Below, piece by piece: positions 50,455 to 60,066 of a stretch of 64,000 nt of DNA. Positions within the stretch are counted from its first letter, which is position 1, and the number at the start of each line of letters is the position of its first letter. The stretch spans positions 672,001 through 736,000 of the forward strand of contig CAWEYL010000001.1 in assembly GCA_963813335.1 (NCBI GenBank). The letters run 5' to 3'. Made by a program: the position numbers and the translations under genes. The stretch is from an uncultured Chloroflexia bacterium. Lineage in GTDB: Bacteria > Chloroflexota > Limnocylindria > Limnocylindrales > CSP1-4. The notes beneath the pieces are model-generated. The model was given only the letters and a program-made list of their open reading frames with translations. It was not told where the DNA came from and did not search any database.

Positions 50455-52028
50455 CCGGCCGCGGTCGCCGCCTCCCCCTCCGCGGCACGGTCTGCGTCCT
50501 CGGCGCGGGCGCCGACCGGGCGCGCGTAGAGCGGGTGCCCGTCCGAGGTGATGCAGGCGCCGGTCGCGAGCTCCCATTGCCAGCCGTGCAGCGCGCAGGT
50601 CATCACGCCGTCCTCCTCGGACGCGAACCGGGTCAGGTCGGCCTTCATGTGGGGGCAGCGCCGCTGGACGTCGTAGCCGGCGAACTCGAAGGTGCCCTGG
50701 GTCGGCCCGTGCTCGGCGTAGAAGCCCTCCGCGTACTGCAGGCGCTCGACGTTGAGGCACTTGAACCAGGTGTAGACGTAGTCGTTGTACGGGCCGCGCC
50801 GGCGCGCCCGGAAGCGCATCGAGAGGAACAGCTCGTTGACCCAGTCCTCGACGTGCTCGCGGACGAGGTGGTCGACGAGCTCGCGCTCGATGAAGAACTG
50901 GTAGCGCGGGTCCTCGTCCTCGAGCGGCCGGCGGACCTCCCGGGTCGCGAAATCGATCACGAGCCGCTCGTCGCCGACGTCGAGGAGGACCGGCTGGTCG
51001 ATGCCGGCGCAGATCATGTCGGCCTGCTCGAGGAGCGGGTCCCACCACGCCTTCAGCTCCGGCAGCAGGTCGACCCGCGCACCCTTCCACGCGGCGCGCT
51101 CCGCCGCGATGACGGGTGCCTTGCGCGCCTGGTAGGCCTCGAGGTAGGCGCGCTTGTCGGCGAAGATCGCGGCCGGATCCACCGGGTGGGTGACATCGAA
51201 CCGGCCCTTGCCGACGTCCGCGACGCTGCCCGGCAGCATCAGCCGGCCGCCGTGCCGGCCGTGCTCGGCCAGGTAGTCGAGGAAGGTCGGCTGGTCCGGG
51301 AACGTGTTCCACTCGTTGCCGTGGAGGTCGTTGAACTCGAACAGGTCCGGGTCGAGGAAGCATGGTGGCCCCGCGGACGGGACCACGAACGCCGGGTCGA
51401 GCACCTCGACATAGCGGAGCGCCCGCGCCGACTGGGCGACGCGCTTCTTGTGACCGAGCACCTGCTGCGCGTTGTCGGGGTAGTCGTAGACCATCGGATA
51501 CCAGATCGCGCCCGAGAACTGGAGGAACGCGGCGTCCAGGGGCCCGCCCGCCAGCAGCAGGTCCGGCTCGGGCGGCCGCGAGTCGTTCATGTTCAGGACG
51601 CGGACCTCGCCGTCGTCGATGAGCAGCGCGGAATCGCCGATCGGGCCGTCGGTCGGGGCCACCAGCGCGTGGATCGTCAGGGTCAGCGGCCCGGCCTCGA
51701 ACGGCTCCAGGTCCACGCTCTCGATGAAGCGCTCGAAGCCCAGACCGCGGAGCGCCTTCTTGAGGTCGTCGAGCGGGTAGGCGGGCAGCAGCACGGTCGT
51801 GCCCTTGTCGACATGGTCGCGCAGGAAGCGCGGGTCGAAGTGGTCGTGGTGCAGGTGCGAGACGTACAGGAACGTCGGATGGCCGATCTGCTCGGGATCG
51901 ATGCCGTCATTGGCCGGGAACGGGTACCACGACCCGAAGAACGAGGGGTTGAACCACGGGTCGCACAGGATGCTGACGCCCCTGGTCTCGACGAACAACC
52001 CGGCCTGGCCGAGGAAGGTGATCTGCAC
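50451..52028 (-). CDS. Metallo-beta-lactamase-fold protein with a C-terminal Rieske [2Fe-2S] domain
   Basis: FLGQAG, DPW, SHLHHDHFD; C-terminal CPH...CALHGW. Confidence 0.88.
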   Translation of the reverse strand: MQITFLGQAGLFVETRGVSILCDPWFNPSFFGSWYPFPANDGIDPEQIGHPTFLYVSHLHHDHFDPRFLRDHVDKGTTVLLPAYPLDDLKKALRGLGFERFIESVDLEPFEAGPLTLTIHALVAPTDGPIGDSALLIDDGEVRVLNMNDSRPPEPDLLLAGGPLDAAFLQFSGAIWYPMVYDYPDNAQQVLGHKKRVAQSARALRYVEVLDPAFVVPSAGPPCFLDPDLFEFNDLHGNEWNTFPDQPTFLDYLAEHGRHGGRLMLPGSVADVGKGRFDVTHPVDPAAIFADKRAYLEAYQARKAPVIAAERAAWKGARVDLLPELKAWWDPLLEQADMICAGIDQPVLLDVGDERLVIDFATREVRRPLEDEDPRYQFFIERELVDHLVREHVEDWVNELFLSMRFRARRRGPYNDYVYTWFKCLNVERLQYAEGFYAEHGPTQGTFEFAGYDVQRRCPHMKADLTRFASEEDGVMTCALHGWQWELATGACITSDGHPLYARPVGARAEDADRAAEGEAATAAG

Positions 52029-52129
52029 GGGGGAAGGATACCGGCGGGGGAGGCCCGGCCGCCGACGGGCGCCCCGCGGGATGGTGGCCTACCATTGGTG
52101 GACCGCAGCACGAGGAGCACGGCTCGCCC

Positions 52130-52549
52130 ATGTCCGTCGACTACGCCACCGCCGGGACGATGCTCGAGACCTTCGGTCGCGCGTGGGCGACCTTCGATGG
52201 CGACCTGATCGTCTCGATGTTCACCGACGATGCCGAGTATCACGCCGACCTCTTCGCGCCGCCGATGGTCGGGCACAACGCGATCCGGGCGTACTGGCTC
52301 GACGGCTCGACCACGACCGGGGATGTCGAGTTCGTCCCGGAGCGGCACTGGGTCGCGGGCGACACCGTCCTGACCGCGTGGCATGCGAGCTACCAGGAGC
52401 TGGCCACCAGGGCGCGCGTGCACCTCGTGGGCTTCATGACCTGGGAGCTGGCGCCGGACGGACGCATCGCGAAGCTGCGCGAATGGACGCTCCAGGCCCC
52501 GTCGGGCGGCGCCGCTGGCCTGGGCAGAGGAGGATCGGATGGCCGGTGA
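52130..52549 (+). CDS. SnoaL/NTF2-like protein
   Basis: FTDDAEY, GHNAIRAYW, GRIAKLREW. Confidence 0.8.
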   Translation: MSVDYATAGTMLETFGRAWATFDGDLIVSMFTDDAEYHADLFAPPMVGHNAIRAYWLDGSTTTGDVEFVPERHWVAGDTVLTAWHASYQELATRARVHLVGFMTWELAPDGRIAKLREWTLQAPSGGAAGLGRGGSDGR

Positions 52550-53030
52550 AGTCTCATTCGACGTCGTGAGCGATTTCGACGAGCAGGAGCTGCGCAACGC
52601 GCTCGACCAGGTGCGCCGCGAGGTCCAGCAGCGCTACGACTTCAAGGGCGTGACGGTGGACCTGACGCAGGCCAAGGACGAGCTCGTCCTGGTGACCGAC
52701 GACGAGTACCGAGCCGCCGCGGTGAAGGACCTGATCGAGTCGAAGGCGATCCGGCGCAACCTGTCCCTGAAGATCTTCGACTGGGGGACCGTCGAGCCCG
52801 CCGGCGGGAACAAGGTCCGCCAGGCGATCAAGCTCCGGCGCGGCCTCGGCGAGGTCGTCGCCAAGCGGATCACGAAGCTGATCCGCGACGAGTTCCCGAA
52901 GGTCAAGTCGCAGATCCAGGGCGATGCCGTGCGCGTATCGGCCAAGAGCAAGGACGACCTCCAACGGGTCATCGCGCGCCTCCGCGAGCTCGACGAGCCG
53001 GTCCCGCTCCAGTTCGAGAACTACCGGTAG
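52539..53030 (+). CDS. yajQ: YajQ family nucleotide/c-di-GMP-binding protein
   Basis: SFDVVS, RYDFKG, QIQGDAVRV..KSKDDLQ, LQFENYR. Confidence 0.93.
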   Translation: MAGEVSFDVVSDFDEQELRNALDQVRREVQQRYDFKGVTVDLTQAKDELVLVTDDEYRAAAVKDLIESKAIRRNLSLKIFDWGTVEPAGGNKVRQAIKLRRGLGEVVAKRITKLIRDEFPKVKSQIQGDAVRVSAKSKDDLQRVIARLRELDEPVPLQFENYR

Positions 53031-53037
53031 GTCCGGG

Positions 53038-53139
53038 ATGCCAGGAACGCGCCTCGCCCAGGCGGTGATGCTCCTCGTGGCGCTCGTGATGGTGCTGGGG
53101 CTGGTGCTCTCCGCCATCGCCGTCCCGCTGGCATACTGA
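53038..53139 (+). CDS. 33-aa single-TM small protein
   Basis: MPGTRLAQAVMLLVALVMVLGLVLSAIAVPLAY fills the gap after yajQ and has GC-rich third positions. Confidence 0.5.
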   Translation: MPGTRLAQAVMLLVALVMVLGLVLSAIAVPLAY

Positions 53140-53165
53140 CCCGCCGCACGAAAGACGACCCGACC

Positions 53166-55063
53166 ATGACCGAGCCCGATCCCGTCCTGCCGCTCGACGC
53201 CGAGCCGGCCGGCGATACCGCGGCGGTGGACGCCCCCACGGCAGCGCCGGCTGAGGCACCCACGCCCGGCCCGAGCCCGAGCCCGCGCCCGAGTCCGCGC
53301 CGGAGCCGGACGCTCCGGAGCCCGCCCCCGAGCCGGAGCCCGCGGAGTCCGCACCCGAGCCGGAGCCCGCACCCGAGCCGGAGCCCGCGCCCGAGGAACC
53401 GGCAGGACCGCGCACGGTCGGGCGGTTCATCGCGGACAGCCTGCGCGCGGCCGGCGTGCGCTACGCGTTCACCGTGCCCGGGGAGTCGTTCCTCGGGCTC
53501 CTCGACGCGTTCGCCGACGCCGGGATCCGGGTCGTCGCCACCCGCCACGAGGGCGGCGCCGCGTTCATGGCCGAGGCGCACGGGCAGCTGACCGGCCGCC
53601 CCGCCGCCAGCCTCGGGACCCGCGCGGTCGGCAGCGCGAACCTGGCGATCGGCATCCACACCGCCCGCCAGGACTCGAGTCCGATGTTCGCCCTGGTCGG
53701 CCAGGTCGAGCGCGCGTTCCAGGGCCGTGAGGCATTCCAGGAGATCGACCAGGTGGCCACCATCGGCGGCCTCGCCAAGTGGGCGGCCGAGCCGCGCCAG
53801 GCCGCCGATGTGCCGGGCGTGATGGCACAGGCGGTCCGCGAGGCGCTGTCCGGGCGGCCCGGGCCGGTGCTCCTCTCGCTCCCCGAAGACCTGCTCGACG
53901 AGGTCGTCCTCCTCGAGCGGGCCGAGGCGGACCGTCCGGGGGTGCCCCGACCCACGCCGGAGGAGCTGCGGACCGTCATCGACCTGCTGGCCAGCTCCCG
54001 CCGTCCGGTCATCCTCGCCGGCGGCGGCGTCCTGCGGGCCCGGACCTCGACCGAGCTGCTCCGGTTCGCCGAGCTGCTCCACGTGCCGGTCATCGCCGCG
54101 TGGCGCCGCGCCGACGTGATCTCCAACGACCACCCGCTGTACCTCGGCATGGCCGGGCTCGGGGCACCGCAGGCCGTGCGTCGGCGGCTCGACACGGCCG
54201 ACGCCATCCTCGTCATCGGCTCGCGGCTCAATGAGGCGACCAGCTACGGCTACACCGTGCCCGCCGAGGGGATCCCGTGGGCGTACGTGGACATCGAGCC
54301 GGGGCACGTCGCCGGGCCGGCACCCGCGACGGTGCGCGTGGTCTCGGATGCCCGGTCGTTCCTGAAGGCCGCCAACGAGCGGCTCCTCGCCGGCGCGGTG
54401 CTCGACGCCGAGCGGGTCGCGACCCGGGACGCGAACAACGCGGAGGACCGCGCCGCGTGGGAAGCCGCGACGATCGTGGACGCCACGCCGTGGGACGGCC
54501 CGGGCGTCCACCCGGGCCGCGTCATCACCACGCTCCGGCGGGTCCTCGCCGACGACGCCATCCTGACCACCGATGCCGGCAACTTCGGCGGCTGGGTGGC
54601 CCGCGGGTTCCGCTTCCGCCGGCCCGGGACCTTCCTCGGGCCGACGTCGGGGGCGATGGGCTACGGGCTGCCGGCCGCGATCACCGCGGCGCTCGTCCAT
54701 CGGGACCGCCAGGTCGTCGCGATGGTCGGCGACGGCGGACTGGCGATGACGATGGGCGAGCTCGAGACCGCGGTCCGCGAGGGCGCGCGGGTCGTCGTGG
54801 TCTGCTTCGACAACGAGCGCTACGGCACGATCCGCATGTGGCAGGAGCGGCGCGGCACGGGCCAGGGCGTCGCCACCGAGCTCGGGCCGTTCGATTTCGC
54901 GGCAGTCGCCCGGGCGGCCGGCGCGCGTGGGGTCCGGGTCGATGCGGACGCGGAGTTCGAAGGGGCGCTGCGGACGGCGCTGGCCGCCGATCGACCGACG
55001 GTCATCCAGCTCGCGCTCGACCGTCGTTGGGTGTCGGTGGACGACCCCGCGACGCCCGAGTGA
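53166..55063 (+). CDS. ThDP-dependent enzyme (acetolactate synthase-like) with Pro/Glu-repeat N-terminus; frameshift near 53265
   Basis: TVGRFIADSL, VPGESFL, RHEGGAAFMAEA, GAMGYG, GDGG...DN ThDP motif. Confidence 0.88.
53271..53396 (+). repeat. Imperfect tandem coding repeat (EPEPAP)n
   Basis: CCCGAGCCGGAGCCCGC(A/G) units repeated. Confidence 0.75.
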
Positions 55064-55419
55064 CCCGCCGGACGTTCCACCTTGCCCCGGTCGAGGCCTG
55101 GACGGCTGCGGTCGCCGGGTTCGCCGACGGCCGGGGCTACGAGGCGGCATCCCTTGCGACCGAGGGATTCATCCACTGCACCGATGGCGTCGAGGCGCTC
55201 GGGGCGACCTTCGACCGCTACTACGCCGTCGATCCGCGCGCGTTCGTCGCCTTGACCGTCGACCTCGACGCGCTCGACGTCCCGTGGCGCTACGACGTCG
55301 CGGATTCGCCGTACCCGCACATCTACGGCCCGATCCCGGTCGGCGCGGTCCTGCGCGTCCAGGCCGTCGAGCGAGCCGCCGACGGGCGGTTCGACGGCCT
55401 CGGGGAGACCGTCGCCTAG
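55060..55419 (+). CDS. DUF952 family protein
   Basis: YEAASLATEGFIHCT, YPHIYGPI. Confidence 0.88.
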   Translation: MTRRTFHLAPVEAWTAAVAGFADGRGYEAASLATEGFIHCTDGVEALGATFDRYYAVDPRAFVALTVDLDALDVPWRYDVADSPYPHIYGPIPVGAVLRVQAVERAADGRFDGLGETVA

Positions 55420-55430
55420 CGACGACGCCG

Positions 55431-55772
55431 TCAGCGGCTGACGGGCAGGTCCGTCTTCTCGCGCAGGTGGAACGACACCCCGTACACCTGGCCGGTCTCG
55501 GGATCGACGCGCGGGGCCGCGGTCATCCGCCACGCCTCGTCGTCGCGGTCGATCCAGCGCGCCAGCGGCTTGCCGCCGACGAAGACCGCGTCCAGCAGCT
55601 CGAACGCCGCCGCCGGGAGGCCCAGGATGCCCTCGCGGGCCGGCAGGCCGACGGAGACGTCCCCGAACGCCGCGCGCAGCGCCGGGTTGCCGTACACCAC
55701 CATGTGACCAGCGCCGACGCACATGCCGGCCGGTCGCTGCGGCTCGGACGCGCCGCGGCGGGCCCCCGTCAC
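55431..55772 (-). CDS. Small hypothetical protein, possibly PAS-like
   Basis: GTGA-coupled to the methyltransferase; VVYGNPA...VGLPARE pattern. Confidence 0.5.
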   Translation of the reverse strand: MTGARRGASEPQRPAGMCVGAGHMVVYGNPALRAAFGDVSVGLPAREGILGLPAAAFELLDAVFVGGKPLARWIDRDDEAWRMTAAPRVDPETGQVYGVSFHLREKTDLPVSR

Positions 55773-56632
55773 CGCTCGCCCCTGGTCGCGACGACCGAGA
55801 ACGAGAGGGGGATGCGGCCGCGATCCTCGTCGCGGACGTCGCCGTGGCCGCCCCACCAGTCGACGGGATGCTCGGCGACCGCCTCCAGGCGCAGTCCGGC
55901 ACGCAGCATCGCCGTGATGACCTCGCCGAGCGTCCAGGCCCGGGCGAACTTCCAGCTCTGGTCGTCATCGTCGATCGAGAGGTGGTCGATGTAGCCGGGT
56001 GCCCAGCCCTTGGACGCCTCGGGCCCGGCGAAGTAGTCGTAGTCGGTGGCGATCCAGCGCCCCTCGTCGTCGACGTCGAACAGCCACTCGGCCGGGTGTC
56101 CCTCGAACAGCACGAGACGGCCCGCCGGGGCGAGCAGCCGGACCAGCACCGCCGCCCACGCGTCGAGGTCCTGGAGCCAGATCAGCGAGCCACGCCCCGT
56201 GTAGAGCAGGTCGGCCGTGCCGTCCAGCTCGTGCGGGGTGTGCAGGACGTCCGCCTCGAGCCAGCGCGCCGGCGCGCCGACCGCGCTCGACAGCCGCGTC
56301 GCGAGCTCGAGCATCCTGGGGCTGATGTCGACGCCGACGACCTCCTCGGCACCGAGGTTCCAGAGCGAGAGGCTGTCGCGCCCGCCGGCGCACTGGAGGT
56401 GGATCGCCCGGCGGCAGCGGCCGTGCAGGTCGCCGATGAGCTCCTCCTCGACCGGGAACAGGTTCGAGCCGCCCGAGCGGATCAGCTCGATCGCCTCGGG
56501 CAGCCAGCCCTCGTAGCGTTCGGCTGCCTCGTCCCACGCCGCGCGGTTGGCGGCGTGCATCAGCGCGACATCGGCCCGCTCCTCGGGCGTCGCTGGACGG
56601 ACATGGTCGTGCTCGCGGTCGTCGGCGGTCAT
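55769..56632 (-). CDS. Class I SAM-dependent methyltransferase
   Basis: HLQCAGG.D, VVGVDIS, W..DL..W, L.P.GRL...EGHP. Confidence 0.88.
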   Translation of the reverse strand: MTADDREHDHVRPATPEERADVALMHAANRAAWDEAAERYEGWLPEAIELIRSGGSNLFPVEEELIGDLHGRCRRAIHLQCAGGRDSLSLWNLGAEEVVGVDISPRMLELATRLSSAVGAPARWLEADVLHTPHELDGTADLLYTGRGSLIWLQDLDAWAAVLVRLLAPAGRLVLFEGHPAEWLFDVDDEGRWIATDYDYFAGPEASKGWAPGYIDHLSIDDDDQSWKFARAWTLGEVITAMLRAGLRLEAVAEHPVDWWGGHGDVRDEDRGRIPLSFSVVATRGER

Positions 56633-56685
56633 GCCCCGGCATCCTAGCCGGTCGGCGCGGGGTGCCGGATGCTATCGTCGAGGCG

Positions 56686-57918
56686 ATGGCCATCGAGATC
56701 CGCCGGGTCCGCCCGGACGAGCTGGGCGAGAGCGTCGAGGCGCTGACGGCGGCCTTCCTCGAGCGCCCGCGCATCGACGACGTCGTCGCGGAGCTGAGCC
56801 CCCACTGGGACCTCGACCGCGTCTGGATCGCCCGCGACGAGACGCGCGTGTGCGGCACGTTCCGCTCCTGGGCGACCGAGATCACCGTCCCCGGCGGTGC
56901 GCGCCTGCCGGCGGCGGCCGTCTCCGGCGTGACGGTGCTCCCGACCCACCGACGACGCGGGATCCTGCGCTCGATGGTGGCCGCGGAGCACGCTGCGATC
57001 CGCGAGCGCGGCGAGGTGATGGGCTTGCTCCACGCGGCCGAGTACCCCATCTACGGCCGCTTCGGCTACGGCCCCGGCACGCTCGAGGCGACGTGGACGC
57101 TCGACACGCGGACCGCGACGGTCGTCCGCCCGGCGACGGGGCGGGTGGCGTACGTGAAGCCCGGGCCGGAGAGCCTGGCGGCGATCCGCGACGTCTACGA
57201 GCGATACCGCGAGGGGCAGCCCGGCGAGATCCGCCGGCTCGACTACCGCTGGGAGGGCGAGCTCGGGCTGACGCCGGCCGTCTGGGGACCGACGTGGAAC
57301 GGGTTCCTGGTCCTCCATCACGACGAGGCCGACGCGGTCGACGGCTACGCCCGGTTCACCCGGAGCGAGGACCGCTGGGACGGGAACCGTCCGAACAACG
57401 TCCTCACCCTCGACGAGCTGCACGCGCTCACGACCGACGCCTACGCCACGCTCTGGCGGTTCCTCGCCGAGATGGACTGGGTCGGCAGCGTGAAGGCGCC
57501 GCGCCGGGCGCGTGAGGAGCGGCTGCCATGGCTGCTGGGGGACGCGCGCGACGCCCAGCTGACCGACCTGACCGACGGGATGTGGGTGCGCCTCTTCGAC
57601 GTCGCGGCGGCGCTCGGTGCGCGGACGTATGCGCATGAAGGACGCCTGGTCATCGAGGTCGTCGACGCGGAGCGTGCGGCGGGGCGCTACCGCGTCCGCC
57701 TGGATGCCGGCCCGGACGGCGCCACCTGCGTCGAGACGACCGAGGCAGCCGACCTGACCGTCCCGATCGAGGCGCTCGGGGCCGCGTACCTCGGCGGCGC
57801 GAGCCTTCGCAGCGCGGTCCTCGCCGGCGGCGCCGACGAGCACCGCTCGGGCGCGCTCGCGTCGCTCGATCGTCTCCTGCGCACGCTCGACGAACCGTGG
57901 AGCTCGACCTTCTTCTAG
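56686..57918 (+). CDS. Eis-like GNAT acetyltransferase with SCP2-like C-terminus
   Basis: VTVLPTHRRRGIL, E.PIYGRFGYG, LGAAYLGG, C-terminal PW...FF. Confidence 0.9.
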   Translation: MAIEIRRVRPDELGESVEALTAAFLERPRIDDVVAELSPHWDLDRVWIARDETRVCGTFRSWATEITVPGGARLPAAAVSGVTVLPTHRRRGILRSMVAAEHAAIRERGEVMGLLHAAEYPIYGRFGYGPGTLEATWTLDTRTATVVRPATGRVAYVKPGPESLAAIRDVYERYREGQPGEIRRLDYRWEGELGLTPAVWGPTWNGFLVLHHDEADAVDGYARFTRSEDRWDGNRPNNVLTLDELHALTTDAYATLWRFLAEMDWVGSVKAPRRAREERLPWLLGDARDAQLTDLTDGMWVRLFDVAAALGARTYAHEGRLVIEVVDAERAAGRYRVRLDAGPDGATCVETTEAADLTVPIEALGAAYLGGASLRSAVLAGGADEHRSGALASLDRLLRTLDEPWSSTFF

Positions 57919-57969
57919 GAGCCGCGGTTCATGCCACGTTCCGACCGGACCGCGCGCGATGATGGCCGC

Positions 57970-58404
57970 ATGGACACGATCCCACCTGAGGCGCTGCTCG
58001 CCTTCTATCCGGCCCCGATCCGCTTGGTCGCCGAGACGCTGCGCACGGTCGTCCGCCGCGCCCTGCCCGATTCCATCGAGGCGGTCCGGCCCGGTTGGCG
58101 GCTGATCGGATACGACATCCCGTCCGGGCGCAAGACCGCGTTCTGCGCGTTCGTGTGGGCGGAGCAGGAGCACGTCCACCTCGGCTTCCAGTACGGCGTC
58201 TTCATGCACGACCCGGACCGCGACCTCGAAGGGGAGGGCATCACCCAGCGTGCCCGCTGGCTCACCTTCGAGCCCGGCGACCCGATCGACGAGCTGCGGA
58301 TCGCGACCCTGGTCCGCGAGGCGGCCCGCATCACGCGCCTGTCCCGCGAGCAGCGATTCGCGGCACTCCTCGACCAGCCGGACCCGATAGCATCGGGCGG
58401 GTGA
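57970..58404 (+). CDS. DUF1801/YdhG-like protein
   Basis: LR.VV..ALP...E.V..GW..IGY, HVHLGF.YG..DP...LEG.G. Confidence 0.75.
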   Translation: MDTIPPEALLAFYPAPIRLVAETLRTVVRRALPDSIEAVRPGWRLIGYDIPSGRKTAFCAFVWAEQEHVHLGFQYGVFMHDPDRDLEGEGITQRARWLTFEPGDPIDELRIATLVREAARITRLSREQRFAALLDQPDPIASGG

Positions 58405-59606
58405 CCGACTCACCTCGTCGATGGCCGCCCGCGGCCGGTTTCCTCGGTGCCGCGTCGTACCTGCTCATCGGCTGGAGCGGCCTGCTGATCCCGTCGCTGA
58501 TCCGCTCGGTGAAGGAGGGCTTCGACCAGTCCGACGCGGGGATCGGCCTCTTCTACTTCGTCTACGCCCTGGTCTACGCCGCGGGCGCGCTCGGCGGCGG
58601 GCTGCTCACCGAGCGCGTCGGACGGCGGACCGTGCTGTCGCTCGGAGCCGTCCTCCACGGGGTCGGGCTGATCGCGCTGGGCGTCGCTCCGTCTTGGGCC
58701 GTCTTCCTGCTGGCTGCGCTGCCCGCGGGCCTCGGGGTCGGCGTGCTCGACGGCGGCGGCAATGGCCTGTTCCTCGACCTGTTCAGGACCGAGCGCGGCC
58801 GCGCCCTGAACCTCCTCCACCTGTGCTTCAGCCTCGGGGCCCTGACGGCACCCCTCGTGGTCGGCAGACTCATCGAGGGCGGCGCGGCGTGGCAGGCCAT
58901 CCTCGTCGGGACTGGCGTGGCGGCGATCGCCGTGGGGGTCTTGTTCGCGATCGTGTCGATGCCGTCCGGGCGCCGCAGCGCGGGAGCGGGAGCCACGGCT
59001 GTCGACGCGGATGGCGCCCCGCTGGCACAGGGGCGCCGCCGCGTGCCGACGCCGCTGCTCCTGCTCGGGGTCGCGATCGCCTGCTACGTGGCCTCGGAGG
59101 TCGGCGTCTCCAACTGGCTGGTCCGGTTCCTCGAGCCAGCGCCGCTGACGCAGGCTACGACGGCGCTCGCGCTCTTCTGGGGCGGGCTCGCGCTCGGACG
59201 GCTGACCGCGGCGCGCTTGGCCGACCGCTACGACCACACCCGGTTCGCGATCGCCTCGGCCGCCGCGACCGGGGTCGTGCTCATCGGCGCGATCCTCATC
59301 CCGTCGCTGTCGGTCTCGATCGCCCTCTTCGCGCTCGCCGGGTTCGTGACCGGGCCGGTGTTCCCGATGATCATCGTCATCGGCGGCGACCGCTACCCGC
59401 AGCGCTCGTCGGCCGTGTCCGGCTTCCTCGGCGGGTCCGCGGTGGTGGGCTCGATCGTCTACCCCCCGGTCATGGGCTTCCTGTCGGTGGCCGTGGGCCT
59501 CACAGCGGCGATGCTCGGCACCGTCGTCCTCGCGTTCGCCTGCGCCGGCGCCCTGCTGCTGGTGAGCCGGCAACCGGCCGACGAGCCGGTACCCGCGGGC
59601 GGGTAG
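58401..59606 (+). CDS. MFS transporter (FucP/TsgA-like)
   Basis: About 12 TMs, LTERVGRR, NLLH..FSLG, EVGVSNW, FWGG..LGR. Confidence 0.85.
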   Translation: MTDSPRRWPPAAGFLGAASYLLIGWSGLLIPSLIRSVKEGFDQSDAGIGLFYFVYALVYAAGALGGGLLTERVGRRTVLSLGAVLHGVGLIALGVAPSWAVFLLAALPAGLGVGVLDGGGNGLFLDLFRTERGRALNLLHLCFSLGALTAPLVVGRLIEGGAAWQAILVGTGVAAIAVGVLFAIVSMPSGRRSAGAGATAVDADGAPLAQGRRRVPTPLLLLGVAIACYVASEVGVSNWLVRFLEPAPLTQATTALALFWGGLALGRLTAARLADRYDHTRFAIASAAATGVVLIGAILIPSLSVSIALFALAGFVTGPVFPMIIVIGGDRYPQRSSAVSGFLGGSAVVGSIVYPPVMGFLSVAVGLTAAMLGTVVLAFACAGALLLVSRQPADEPVPAGG

Positions 59607-59616
59607 ACTCGGCGCG

Positions 59617-60066
59617 ATGCGGTTTCGAACGACGATCCTGGGCACCGGCAAGAACGCCGCCGGCATCGAGATCCCGGACGAGGTCGTCGTCGCGCTCGGC
59701 AAGGGCAAGCGGCCCCCGGTCCGGATCACCATCAACGGCTACAGCTACCGCAACACGGTCGCGGTGATGGGCGGCGTCTTCATGGTCGGCGTGAGCGCCG
59801 AGCATCGCGCCGCAGCAGGCCTGGCCGCCGGCGACGAGGTCGACGTGGACATCGAGCTCGACACCGCGCCCCGCGAGCTCGCCGTGCCCGAGGACTTCGC
59901 CATGGCGCTCGACGCGGACCCCGAGGCCAGGCGCACCTTCGATGCCTTGTCATACAGCAATCGCTCCTGGCACGTCCTCTCGATCGAGGGTGCCAAGACC
60001 GCGGAGACCCGCCAGCGGCGGATCGAGAAGTCCATCGCCACCCTGCACGAGGGACGACCCCGATGA
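59617..60066 (+). CDS. DUF1905 + YdeI/OmdA C-terminal domain protein
   Basis: RPPV..TING, VPEDF..AL, FDALSYS, AKTAETRQRRI. Confidence 0.88.
   Translation: MRFRTTILGTGKNAAGIEIPDEVVVALGKGKRPPVRITINGYSYRNTVAVMGGVFMVGVSAEHRAAAGLAAGDEVDVDIELDTAPRELAVPEDFAMALDADPEARRTFDALSYSNRSWHVLSIEGAKTAETRQRRIEKSIATLHEGRPR

Noticed and set aside
53271-53396. CRISPR-like array in the repeat tracts (also 23767-24006 and 31155-31216)
   Set aside because: Units are codon-multiple repeats inside CDSs, lack CRISPR-like repeat/spacer regularity, and there are no cas genes
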